A DNA stretch of 64,000 nucleotides from an uncultured virus (IMG/VR IMGVR_UViG_3300020183_006727) (Duplodnaviria; Heunggongvirae; Uroviricota; Caudoviricetes), in the IMG/VR virus record IMGVR_UViG_3300020183_006727, one strand, 5' to 3'. The notes under the pieces are model-generated. The model was not told the origin of the DNA and ran no database searches. It saw only the letters and a list, made by a program, of their open reading frames with translations. Both the position numbers and the translations under genes were made by a program. Within the stretch, counting starts at the first letter, position 1, and every line of letters starts with the position of its first letter. This document shows positions 19,599-28,672 of this stretch, piece by piece.

Positions 19599-20116
19599 AA
19601 GTAATAGTTTCTGAAACACTAAAAGGTGAATTGGTTTTGTCTTCGATCAAGAATAAGTTCAAGCCTGGTACTGTTGTTGATTTGCCAGACGAATTTGCAT
19701 TTCATCCAAGTGTACTGTGGGCGAAGAAGAAGGGCTACATATCATTCGATTCTGCGAATGAAGATATATCTAGTAAGACATCCGAGGACGAAGTAGAGTT
19801 CTCGAATGCCAAGAGTGGCGGCCTAACGATCTCTTTTTTGAAGAGAACACTAGCTCCCAAGCAGTGTTTCATTTTGAAGAAGTCTGATCCTAACATAGAG
19901 ACTGCCATGAAACTTGTGAGTGCTGGACATTTGTCATGCTCTTCTTTGGTGGCTTCAGTTTCTTCCGATGCGGCCAGTGACCAGAAAATCGCAAAGAAAG
20001 ACAAGCCATCACGGTCAGAAAAGAAGGTCACGCGCAAAGTGTCTAGAACTAAGAAATCCAAGGAAGCAGTTGTTGATGATTCCATATTTGGGATTATGAA
20101 CACGGAGATAGGCTGA
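19595..20116 (+). CDS. Hypothetical protein with two copies of a ~55-aa module and basic tail
   Basis: 173 aa, ATGA overlap; modules end in AKKKGYI and LVSAGHL. Confidence 0.8.
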   Translation: MKVIVSETLKGELVLSSIKNKFKPGTVVDLPDEFAFHPSVLWAKKKGYISFDSANEDISSKTSEDEVEFSNAKSGGLTISFLKRTLAPKQCFILKKSDPNIETAMKLVSAGHLSCSSLVASVSSDAASDQKIAKKDKPSRSEKKVTRKVSRTKKSKEAVVDDSIFGIMNTEIG

Positions 20117-20278
20117 ATGGTTAGAATTGCAACGGACAAATTCACGCGTGTACTTAAGAATCTTAGGACGAAAAACCGCAAGAAATTGTGCCGTTATTTT
20201 ACTCTGCTCTATGACAGTGGCTATGCCAGTTCGCTGGTGGGAGCAAAATGCGATGGCAACTCCAACAATAAGTCCTGA
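20117..20278 (+). CDS. 53-aa basic protein, absent from ORF track
   Basis: GGAG then ATG abutting upstream stop; MVRIATDKFTRVLKNLRTKNRKKLCRYFTLLYDSGYASSLVG resembles C-terminus of 23035..23646. Confidence 0.7.
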   Translation: MVRIATDKFTRVLKNLRTKNRKKLCRYFTLLYDSGYASSLVGAKCDGNSNNKS

Positions 20279-21008
20279 TCATGCAAAGATAGAACTCGCA
20301 CGACTCGGCGTTAAGGTTGGCGTCGATGTTGTTTTTGATCCACAGATTCAGATGCAGGTTCTTGCCTCAGATTATCAACCAGCTCTTTCCAAGAGGGCTG
20401 ATGAATTGGCCATTGTGCTTGAAGATCTTTGGACAGCACTTTGTAACGTGCTTGAATCTATTCCTTCTGCCGGTTCGTGTTCTGTAGTCGGCTCAAGGAT
20501 GGCGGTATGTGCTCTTGAAGGATTGTGCACCATGTCAGCCAAGGATCGGTTGAATGATCAGGTGAAGCATGAAATCATAAGAAACTTCATGGCTTCATTC
20601 GATGTGGCAAAACTTCCCACTCCTGCTTGTTCGGAAATATCTGCGCTGCTTTCCAAAATATCTCTTCATGAGTACATGATTGCGCGCCTTTCGTATAAGC
20701 ACAGGTTGTTCACTGCTTCGTTATCTAAAAAGATTGCTTCCGTGATGGATGGCCCGTGGGGTCGCCTAGATCTTCCAATGGGTGATCGTGTGATCCCCTG
20801 GAGGGACATAGAGGAGAGCATTGAGGGTGATTCGATCGCTCGCAAGAGCCAACACAGATATCGCTCTTGGACTGAGGCATATAATGAGCCTCGTTTCAGA
20901 CCCGGATTCTACTGGAGAGAGTTGGCAACAGAGCCATATCTTATAGATAATGCGAAGAATGAAAGTCCGTACAAGTACAGGGAATACCTTTGGAAACACT
21001 TGGGATGA
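20253..21008 (+). CDS. Hypothetical protein
   Basis: GGGAG then ATG 20253 (MATPTISPD); KKIAS precedes an aromatic-rich C-terminal part. Confidence 0.75.
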   Translation: MATPTISPDHAKIELARLGVKVGVDVVFDPQIQMQVLASDYQPALSKRADELAIVLEDLWTALCNVLESIPSAGSCSVVGSRMAVCALEGLCTMSAKDRLNDQVKHEIIRNFMASFDVAKLPTPACSEISALLSKISLHEYMIARLSYKHRLFTASLSKKIASVMDGPWGRLDLPMGDRVIPWRDIEESIEGDSIARKSQHRYRSWTEAYNEPRFRPGFYWRELATEPYLIDNAKNESPYKYREYLWKHLG

Positions 21009-21352
21009 ATCTAAAAACCGCAAACAGTTCTATACTTGATTTCATCATGCGCGAGAGGTCGGGGTCTGCAATATCTGGACTTGGCGACCCTAAGGGCAAG
21101 GCGGCAAAGGTTTTGTATTCACTTTTCAAGTCTGGAGAAGCTGGGATAGAGCCCCTTACGTTTAAAAGGCCGTTTGGTTTGAGAACTGATGAACTCATCA
21201 ATCTCGAGAGTTTGGGATTTGCAGAATGGCATGGGGAAACAATAAAGATTACCGCAAACGGTAAGCGGCTTCTAGAAGCGGTCATTCTGAATGACGACGA
21301 CTGTGTTTTTGCTATCAAGAACACAGTCAAAACTGGGATTGCACGCCGATGA
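21005..21352 (+). CDS. Possible winged-helix protein
   Basis: MNLKTAN start; LINLESLGFAE...IKITANGKRLL resembles a wHTH wing. Confidence 0.6.
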   Translation: MNLKTANSSILDFIMRERSGSAISGLGDPKGKAAKVLYSLFKSGEAGIEPLTFKRPFGLRTDELINLESLGFAEWHGETIKITANGKRLLEAVILNDDDCVFAIKNTVKTGIARR

Positions 21353-21567
21353 GAGTTTGCATACTGAAAGACAGACCCACAAGACCTTCAGGTTCTTTTG
21401 AGCGCTCCTGGAGTCTAGATGAGGCGCTTAGGCGGGCTCGCGGCGTTGGGGCCGATGTTTTTCGTCACGGATCTGGATATCGCCTAGAATTTGATGACGA
21501 GAATGAGTGCGAGGACTTCGCAGATCGTCTTGTCCGTGGGGGCTTTCGTGTCTCCGAGTATGAATAA
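21349..21567 (+). CDS. Small hypothetical protein
   Basis: 72 aa, overlaps both neighbours. Confidence 0.65.
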   Translation: MRVCILKDRPTRPSGSFERSWSLDEALRRARGVGADVFRHGSGYRLEFDDENECEDFADRLVRGGFRVSEYE

Positions 21568-22402
21568 CCAATTTTCTCGAGTTGTGGTTGAATTGGCAGA
21601 TAAGCCACATCTCAGAGAAAGAGGTTTGATGTTCAGGCATGAGCTAGAAGACGGGCATGGCATGGCTTTTGTATTTGACAGGCCAGAGCGACATAGTTTT
21701 TGGGGTATGAACACATTTCTGCCATTGGACATAGCTTTTGTAAATCCATTTGGTAAAATTGTCACAGTTGGCAGGATAAGACCTCATGATTTGACATCGG
21801 TTTCGTCTTCTGAGCCGTGTAGTTTGGTCGTTGAGTTGCCCGATGGCTGGCTTTCCAAGAATGGATTCAGGGTTGGCGATGAGTGTCATCTCAATACAGA
21901 TGGCGTCCAACCCTGCTGCATATTTAACAGAAGCTATAAACTCGCCCAAAAGATGCCACTGACGTCCTTGGACCCAGATCGTGTTGATTTTGCAGAGATC
22001 AGACAATCGTCAGAAGGGGAGGATGTTGCTTCGACCCCGCCTCCTCAGGCAGATGAGGTTCCCGCAGATAGAGCCCAAATAGTCACGGATCCAGCCAGGT
22101 CTGCAGCAGATTCTCAGGTTTCTATATCTGTTGCAGTCCCAAATTTTTCAGGAGTTGGTGATGCAGTCAGGTGGTCTGTGGCAAACAGGCAGTCTATGCT
22201 TATAGAATATTTGACAGAGGGCGGCAAAATTATTTCAAGGGAGATTGAACCTCACGATATGCATTTTTCTGAAGCCAGCCGCAGACAGGTGGTTGTTTCA
22301 TGGGACACAACGGTTGGAGCGCCTAGAAATTATTTATTGACCAGAATAGTCAGATTTTCTTTCCCGAGCAGGACATTTACGCGTAAATTCGTAGTTACTT
22401 GA
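21560..22402 (+). CDS. DUF192-WYL domain fusion protein
   Basis: N-term VELAD...RERGLMFR...GMAFVF...FWGMNTFLPLDIAFV (DUF192); C-term IEYLTEGG...REIEPH...SWD...RNYLLTRI (WYL-like). Confidence 0.8.
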   Translation: MNNQFSRVVVELADKPHLRERGLMFRHELEDGHGMAFVFDRPERHSFWGMNTFLPLDIAFVNPFGKIVTVGRIRPHDLTSVSSSEPCSLVVELPDGWLSKNGFRVGDECHLNTDGVQPCCIFNRSYKLAQKMPLTSLDPDRVDFAEIRQSSEGEDVASTPPPQADEVPADRAQIVTDPARSAADSQVSISVAVPNFSGVGDAVRWSVANRQSMLIEYLTEGGKIISREIEPHDMHFSEASRRQVVVSWDTTVGAPRNYLLTRIVRFSFPSRTFTRKFVVT

Positions 22403-22406
22403 AGTC

Positions 22407-22997
22407 ATGGAACTATCAAATATCATCAAGGACATTGTTCTCATTGCCAACGGACTTGACGCTAATGGTAATCATCCACAGGCGGTTAGACTTGACGATA
22501 TTGCGTCTGACCTCTCTATGGTCAAAACCGCTCAGTACATGGGCATACAAGGGGTGGCTGTGCGCAACAGCAGGTGCTGGCAGGGATGTTTTAGACACAA
22601 GCGTGCACAGGGCATGCGTCCACAGGAGGCGTGGAGCGAGTGTCACAGTGAATATGTATCTGCAATTTCTGGCGACGTGAAGACCTGGAACAAGTACGCA
22701 TCTTCTGATGGTTCATGGGAAAAAGAACCAATGGGTGGGGATTTCAATCTTCAGACCATAATTGAAGCAAAGATGGCTTCTGGAACTCCAGAGAGGATTG
22801 CCATTCCAGAGGCAGTTGCAGAGCACGCAATAGCCATTCCGGACAGACTGGTTCGATGTTCAAACGAAATGGGAAAAGTTGCCTCTTCCATACAATCGAA
22901 AGATCCTTCGACAGCAGGCAGGCTGCGTGTGGCAGCTTCTTGCTTGAGAGATGAGGCGTGGGAAATTACCAAAGCATCACTCCCTGACGAGGTGTGA
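22407..22997 (+). CDS. Hypothetical head-associated protein with Cys cluster
   Basis: IANGLDANG...AVRLDDI leader then VKTAQ; RCWQGC...WSECH. Confidence 0.8.
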   Translation: MELSNIIKDIVLIANGLDANGNHPQAVRLDDIASDLSMVKTAQYMGIQGVAVRNSRCWQGCFRHKRAQGMRPQEAWSECHSEYVSAISGDVKTWNKYASSDGSWEKEPMGGDFNLQTIIEAKMASGTPERIAIPEAVAEHAIAIPDRLVRCSNEMGKVASSIQSKDPSTAGRLRVAASCLRDEAWEITKASLPDEV

Positions 22998-23034
22998 TTG
23001 GGGTTTAAGAGAAAAGAACAACAAAGGAGCAAAT

Positions 23035-23646
23035 ATGAAGTTCTTCAGCAATAAAATATCAGTCAATGGGCCGTCCCGAAGTTTTAATGACATCATTCGG
23101 GACGTTACAGGTGGGATGAGTAAGCAGGCATCTGCAGTCGATGCGCCAGAAGTCCTAGAGAAGGAGGCTAAGAAAGAATTGCCTGCCTTCATCAAGGACA
23201 AGATCAATGAGCGCAAAAAGAAGCCCAAGGAAGCCGAATCCGATGGCTTCAGCAAGATTGCCGACGTGATCAAGGTAAATGACGACGAGGTCTTGCTCGT
23301 TCTTGCCAATTCCAGCGATGACGAGACCGATGTGGATATTGAAGACGACCACGCTGATGAAGAGATCACAGAGGCCATGGGTGCTGTTGCTGCCGCTGGC
23401 TGCGGTTATGGCACAAAGGAGTCAGACTCATCCTGCGCATCTGATTCTGGTGGTGAGGAAGAGGAGATAGGAAATGCCTACAGGCCGCATAGCAATCCTC
23501 CTCGTCGGCCGAAGACTTCATCTGAGCATCCGAAGTTTGTCAAGATAGCCAATCTCACCGACAAGCAGAAGGGCAAGTTCCGTTCATACTGGTCCAACAT
23601 TTGGCCCAAGGACTTCATAGACGCCGTTCTTGACACGGAGAACTGA
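23035..23646 (+). CDS. Acidic scaffold-like protein
   Basis: AAGGAG then ATG 23035; D/E-rich core; KQAS, KIAD, KIAN motifs. Confidence 0.8.
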   Translation: MKFFSNKISVNGPSRSFNDIIRDVTGGMSKQASAVDAPEVLEKEAKKELPAFIKDKINERKKKPKEAESDGFSKIADVIKVNDDEVLLVLANSSDDETDVDIEDDHADEEITEAMGAVAAAGCGYGTKESDSSCASDSGGEEEEIGNAYRPHSNPPRRPKTSSEHPKFVKIANLTDKQKGKFRSYWSNIWPKDFIDAVLDTEN

Positions 23647-23649
23647 ACG

Positions 23650-24258
23650 ATGTCTTTCCTGCCGGTGGGCCGACGCAGGCATATGCAGAGCCAGCTTTTT
23701 AAGTTGGCAGACGAGCAGATCCCTCAGCCTGAAATGGGGTCTGTATACATGGATACGGGCAGTTCAGCTCCTCTGCCCGCCCCGTCACAGGATCAGGCGC
23801 CTGCATCGAATGAGGGCAGAGAGAAGTCTTTGAGGGAGTATGTTTTTGCAGTCTTGGAAGGTCTTGGTGTTGAACCAAGACATTTGACAGACCCGAAGGT
23901 CTCTAAGAAAATCTTTCGGCAGATATCTTCGATTGGGTCAGGTGAGTTAAGTGGATCTTTCATGATACCTTCAGCGACTGCAAAATCTCGTATCACAGAG
24001 TCTCATGCTTCACAAATTGCAGGTCAGATCTGTGAGGCATTTGGCTTGGAGGGAAATATGAGTCATGAGGGTCGTAACTATATAGTCAATTTCAGCAGCA
24101 AAAAGCCCAAAGCCGTCCAGCCTTCCACCGAAAACGATTCGTTTGCAGATCTTGCAGGAGATGCCATCGCAAAGGCTGCTTCGGCACATCATGATGCCTT
24201 CATGATGAGGAAATCTGCCATGGCAGATGCCCTGAAGAAAGCAGGTTTCCGCATATGA
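23650..24258 (+). CDS. Hypothetical protein
   Basis: 202 aa, operon-coupled. Confidence 0.75.
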   Translation: MSFLPVGRRRHMQSQLFKLADEQIPQPEMGSVYMDTGSSAPLPAPSQDQAPASNEGREKSLREYVFAVLEGLGVEPRHLTDPKVSKKIFRQISSIGSGELSGSFMIPSATAKSRITESHASQIAGQICEAFGLEGNMSHEGRNYIVNFSSKKPKAVQPSTENDSFADLAGDAIAKAASAHHDAFMMRKSAMADALKKAGFRI

Positions 24259-24896
24259 GAATTTTCAAAAATCAAAATGAGGGTCGGTCTGAACTTTTTG
24301 GGAACAAAGTTGAAAAGCTAGCAGAAGAAGCTTCTCGGCCTTCTTGGCTTGAAAACTTTGCTCGTAAAGTGGCTGGCTCTCCTGAGACCGAGGTTTCCGA
24401 GGGAGGATTGCTCCGTAATAGGCTTTTAGGCTCACACACAATTGATGCAGGTGGGCATGTTGGGAGCCTTGGAGTAAAGGCCGCATCAGACACCCTATTT
24501 GGGCTTAAGGACCCACCTGCTCCACGGGTGGCTGCCGATAGTGTGAATGAGCATGCTGTCAAGGAGGAAGAACCCTTGCCCACCTCTGCGGAGCGGATGG
24601 CCGCTCATGTCTCATCTCTTTCTGGCAAATCTGGCGGCAGAGGTCTCATTCGCAACGACTCTGTTAGCATCTTTGACAAGGAGGCATTCTCCCACATCAA
24701 GGATGCTCCGATGGTTGCCAAGCCAACTGTTGAATGTGAGGTGGCTCAGCCGAAGTCTCCAGTCAACAGCAGAGATATGGCTGCTTCCATGTTTGACTCT
24801 TTGGCATCAAAGCATGCATCAAGAAGGCCTTCGTCTTCTGATGTTAGTGCCGTCACAAGAATGTTCGAAGCGCTTAAAGGTAAACAATTCAAGTGA
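24255..24896 (+). CDS. Hypothetical protein
   Basis: 213 aa, ATGA overlap. Confidence 0.75.
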   Translation: MRIFKNQNEGRSELFGNKVEKLAEEASRPSWLENFARKVAGSPETEVSEGGLLRNRLLGSHTIDAGGHVGSLGVKAASDTLFGLKDPPAPRVAADSVNEHAVKEEEPLPTSAERMAAHVSSLSGKSGGRGLIRNDSVSIFDKEAFSHIKDAPMVAKPTVECEVAQPKSPVNSRDMAASMFDSLASKHASRRPSSSDVSAVTRMFEALKGKQFK

Positions 24897-25864
24897 AATT
24901 CAATCTTTCCAAAGTTGCGCAGATAAGAACGACGGAAGCAGAGCAGTTGCTTGTGCCTGAGGCCCCACTTGTCATGGATCCAGTTGCCCCACAGACTGCG
25001 GGCTTGGCGCAAGTGGAGTTGCCGTCATTCTCAAACCACACGGAAATGTTTGAATTCCTGAATAGTTTCAGGAGGGATGGTGAGCCTGGATCTGGCTACA
25101 ATGAGGTGTGGAATGGTTTTTTCGCACCCCGTCTCGGCACATCACCTAACGCCTCCATGTTTGAAGAGGCTCTTCAAGATTTTTATCAACAGGACGAGGA
25201 TTCAGAAAATTCTGCCGATATTGCTGACAGGGCATTCCAAATATATTCTGATGTGATTGCTCCATCTGTTGTTCCGGTGGACGCAGTTGAGAAGGCAGCT
25301 GCCAGCCTAGACAGGATTGTGGAGGCTTCAGACGAGCAGATCAGCCTACTTGCCGAGCGGTTTTCTAAGATTACAAAAACAGTTAAGACTGCTTCTAAGA
25401 AAAATGTTTTCAACTTGACTAAGCAGGCCTCACATGGTAACATGGAGAACATCATATTGTTTGGCCCAGGGCAAACAAGGCCAAGCCCCTTCATTAGAGA
25501 TGTGGAGAGTAATATTTCTGCTCTTGAACGCAACAAGAACAACCAGTTCTTCTTTGGCGGAATCTACGACATAGATTTTGAAACATTGTGGCGTGGCAAT
25601 GTCATGGACAAATATTATCGTCCTTTCGATGGAGCTCACGGTCTGTCGGGCGGTGGTTACATTGAGGATCGTTTTGAAGTTAACAAAGTCGTTCCAGTTG
25701 GCAACGATCTGCGCGTTCCAACTGACGGCAGTCCGCGCCCATTCATCCCTGAATTTAGTTCTCTAGAATCTAGAATGGCTGCAGCACGTGGTGATTTGAA
25801 GGGGAATAATGGTCGCGTCACTTTTGCCCCATTCAACATTTCGGCATCAAAAAAAAAGAGTTGA
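24893..25864 (+). CDS. Hypothetical head protein
   Basis: 323 aa, GTGA overlap; FNLSKVAQ, VKTAS, FNLTKQAS; ends in A9 run. Confidence 0.8.
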   Translation: MKFNLSKVAQIRTTEAEQLLVPEAPLVMDPVAPQTAGLAQVELPSFSNHTEMFEFLNSFRRDGEPGSGYNEVWNGFFAPRLGTSPNASMFEEALQDFYQQDEDSENSADIADRAFQIYSDVIAPSVVPVDAVEKAAASLDRIVEASDEQISLLAERFSKITKTVKTASKKNVFNLTKQASHGNMENIILFGPGQTRPSPFIRDVESNISALERNKNNQFFFGGIYDIDFETLWRGNVMDKYYRPFDGAHGLSGGGYIEDRFEVNKVVPVGNDLRVPTDGSPRPFIPEFSSLESRMAAARGDLKGNNGRVTFAPFNISASKKKS

Positions 25865-26046
25865 CGGCATCTAAAACTGCCGCATTCGACCCCCTCTCGA
25901 CCCCGTTCAGAGATGGTGAGAAGAAAAAGCCAATGGCAGGCTGGAAGAAAAATTGTCCAGTTTGTAGGAGCTGTAACAACGCAACAGCGTCTAATTGTGT
26001 TAACTGTGGAGCGTCTCTAGCTCAAGTTGTTGCCGTGCAGGCATGA
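25861..26046 (+). CDS. Zinc-ribbon domain (separate gene or -1 frameshift extension of 24893..25864)
   Basis: CPVC...CVNCG; only a TTG start; in the -1 frame behind A_AAA_AAG. Confidence 0.7.
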   Translation: MTASKTAAFDPLSTPFRDGEKKKPMAGWKKNCPVCRSCNNATASNCVNCGASLAQVVAVQA

Positions 26047-26076
26047 TGACGAAAAACCACTATAGGACATCATCTC

Positions 26077-28290
26077 ATGGCAACCAAGAAAAACGCAAGT
26101 AGTGAATCGATGGTGGACAACAAGACATATGCAAACGGAACTATAGTTCCGCTGCCGCTGACCAAGGCGGCTCAATATGTTGGTGGGAATGTGTCCACCA
26201 TATTCACCCAGCCGATGTTTTTCTCTCCTCTGCACACTCCGCAGAGTTGGCAGATAGCAAGCAGACGCAAGGAAGTGTACCAGTGGGCGCGTTTCTATTA
26301 CGAAAACGAGCCAAAGGCTGCTGGTGGTATAGATTTCTATGCAACATTCCCCATGAATGGATTCAAACTGGAGTGCAGAGATCGAAAGGTCTTGAACTAT
26401 TTTGAGCACATGGTTGAAAAACTCAACCTTGATCACTGGTTCAGAAAGATATCGCACGAATATTTTTTGCTTGGTGATGTTTTCGTGTTTTTGGAAATAG
26501 ACTGCCCAGTGTGCGGAGGTAGGACAAACCTTCCTGACGGCACGATATGCAACCATCCGGGCGGAACATTCAAAAGACTGATGATCCTCAATCCAGATTT
26601 CGTTGAGGTTCAAAACACGCAACTTGCCGACCACCCAACAATTGCCATGTTGCCAGATGATGATCTACGCAGAGTGGTGCAGCAGAAGAAGCCAAAGGAT
26701 ATCTATGACAAGATATCTCCGCAGGTTCGTGACCTTGTTGCCGCCGGGCAGGCCATACCTCTTAGTCCGCGCTGCGTGAGTCATTTGCGACATAAGGGGA
26801 GTCCTTATGGAACTTATGGAGAGTCATTGCTGCGTCGACTCTTCATGACGATTGCATACAAAACCAAGTTGATGACAGCGAACTGGATCGTGGCAGAGCG
26901 TCATATATTGCCAATAAGAATAGTAAAGGTTGGCACTGCCGAGCGCCCTGCAAATGAGATGGATATTGCAGATGTGCAGGCTCAACTTGCTGCAGTGGCA
27001 AATGATCCAAATTTGACCATTGTTACTCACCATGCATTCGAGATGACTTGGGAGGGTGCAACTGGCAAAATCCACGATATAAGCAATCAGCTCGAATATG
27101 TCGGCAAGGAGATGCTTGACGGTCTAATGCTCAACCAGACCTTGCTCAACGGAGAGATGCAGGCTTATTCTGGTGCTGCTGTTGGCGTGGAGACCCTCAT
27201 CAGAAGACTTGAAACCTGGCGTATGGAGTTGGCACAGTGGGCAGAAAGAAACATATTCTTACCCGTTGCTCAAATGCAGGGTTTTGTTGACACAGTAAAA
27301 TCGAAGCAGTTGAACGAAACTGTATGGCTGTATCCAAGAATAAAATGGAACGATCTTCGTCTTCGTGACAACTCTGAATCGTTGAACAAGATTATTCAGT
27401 TGTATGACAAGCAGGTTATCAGCAGGCAAAAGTTGCTTGATACATTTGATATAGACTTTGATATTGAGGTTGCACGCATCAGGGAAGAACAGGTTATGGC
27501 GGGTACTGGAGGTCAGGTTCTTGGCGGACAGCCTGGTGGCGGCGGTGGCGGCGGCGGAATCGGAGACCTAGGAAGCATAATGGGCGGATTGGGAGGTGCT
27601 GGTGGTGGTGCGCCGCCTGCTCCAGCCCCCATGGGCGGAGGTGCACCGCCGATGGATTTGGGGATGTCTCCGCCTGGTGGTGCTCCATCGGCAATTCCTG
27701 CCATGGGTGGCAACCCTGGTGCTCCGCCCATGGCGGCAGCCGCATCTATTTTGTCAGGAAAGATATTTAAGAAGGGCAAGGGGCCAAAGGCAAAAGATAT
27801 GCCCAAACCTCCACAGCCTACGAAGATATTTTTGACAAAGCCGGAGCAGAAGTTGGCATCGATCCTCAACCAACTTGCGGTTCCGTACCCACTTTTTGCA
27901 CAATTCCAGCAGTACATGCCAGGTCAGAGACAGCCATTCCTTCTAGATTTTGCATATCCTCAAATCGGAGTTGATGTGGAGGCAGATGGAGAAATGTGGC
28001 ATTCAGATCCCGAAGCCATTGAGCGTGACCGAGCAAGAGACATGAAACTTGCACAACTTGGTTGGCGGGTTATAAGGATAAAAGAGGGTGCCCTCAACAG
28101 TCGGGTGGACGAAGTTGCTCAAGTTGTGATGTCAAATATTAGAGAAGCGATAGAAGAGCGGAGGATTTTGGGCAAAACTTCGGCATCTTTATCTGATGGA
28201 GAGCCTCGTGTCATTTCCACAGATGTGGCCGACATTTTCTTACCAACAGGTGCATCCCATGCTGAAGATTTCAGCACGCAGGATACGTGA
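26077..28290 (+). CDS. Portal protein with C-terminal DUF559/Vsr-like endonuclease domain
   Basis: Portal-like EYFLLGDVF, ILNPDFV, SPYGTYGESLL, PIRIVKVG; lies between terL and protease; C-term LDFAYP..GVDVEADGEMWH...RDRARD..L..LGWRVIRI. Confidence 0.88.
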   Translation: MATKKNASSESMVDNKTYANGTIVPLPLTKAAQYVGGNVSTIFTQPMFFSPLHTPQSWQIASRRKEVYQWARFYYENEPKAAGGIDFYATFPMNGFKLECRDRKVLNYFEHMVEKLNLDHWFRKISHEYFLLGDVFVFLEIDCPVCGGRTNLPDGTICNHPGGTFKRLMILNPDFVEVQNTQLADHPTIAMLPDDDLRRVVQQKKPKDIYDKISPQVRDLVAAGQAIPLSPRCVSHLRHKGSPYGTYGESLLRRLFMTIAYKTKLMTANWIVAERHILPIRIVKVGTAERPANEMDIADVQAQLAAVANDPNLTIVTHHAFEMTWEGATGKIHDISNQLEYVGKEMLDGLMLNQTLLNGEMQAYSGAAVGVETLIRRLETWRMELAQWAERNIFLPVAQMQGFVDTVKSKQLNETVWLYPRIKWNDLRLRDNSESLNKIIQLYDKQVISRQKLLDTFDIDFDIEVARIREEQVMAGTGGQVLGGQPGGGGGGGGIGDLGSIMGGLGGAGGGAPPAPAPMGGGAPPMDLGMSPPGGAPSAIPAMGGNPGAPPMAAAASILSGKIFKKGKGPKAKDMPKPPQPTKIFLTKPEQKLASILNQLAVPYPLFAQFQQYMPGQRQPFLLDFAYPQIGVDVEADGEMWHSDPEAIERDRARDMKLAQLGWRVIRIKEGALNSRVDEVAQVVMSNIREAIEERRILGKTSASLSDGEPRVISTDVADIFLPTGASHAEDFSTQDT

Positions 28291-28672
28291 CCGTAACATC
28301 AATTGGGAAGAGGTATACACTGAGCGTACCGAGCCTCTCAAGAAGAGATACGAGAGGGAAATTGGTTCTGGGGCATACCACAGATGGCAAGGCCACGACT
28401 ACACCACCAACTCAGACTATTATGTTGTATGCTCGCCAGCGAGAACCAAAGATCTCAAGAAGGCATTTTTTGCAGGTATCAAAAAGTTGCCATCCAACTG
28501 GATGAAATTTGAGTCTAAAGTCTACAGCCCGTATGGAAAATATTTTACTAACATTGCTTCGGCCCTGTCTTTCCTTTCAGATAAATACAGAATACCATAT
28601 CCTAAGAATCAGTTCAACTATACATTGACCCATTTGGCTAATGTAAGAATCCCGAGGACAGTGAGGGCATGA
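28259..28672 (+). CDS. Basic/aromatic hypothetical protein
   Basis: ATG 28259 (MLKISARR), coupled to the protease gene. Confidence 0.75.
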   Translation: MLKISARRIRDRNINWEEVYTERTEPLKKRYEREIGSGAYHRWQGHDYTTNSDYYVVCSPARTKDLKKAFFAGIKKLPSNWMKFESKVYSPYGKYFTNIASALSFLSDKYRIPYPKNQFNYTLTHLANVRIPRTVRA

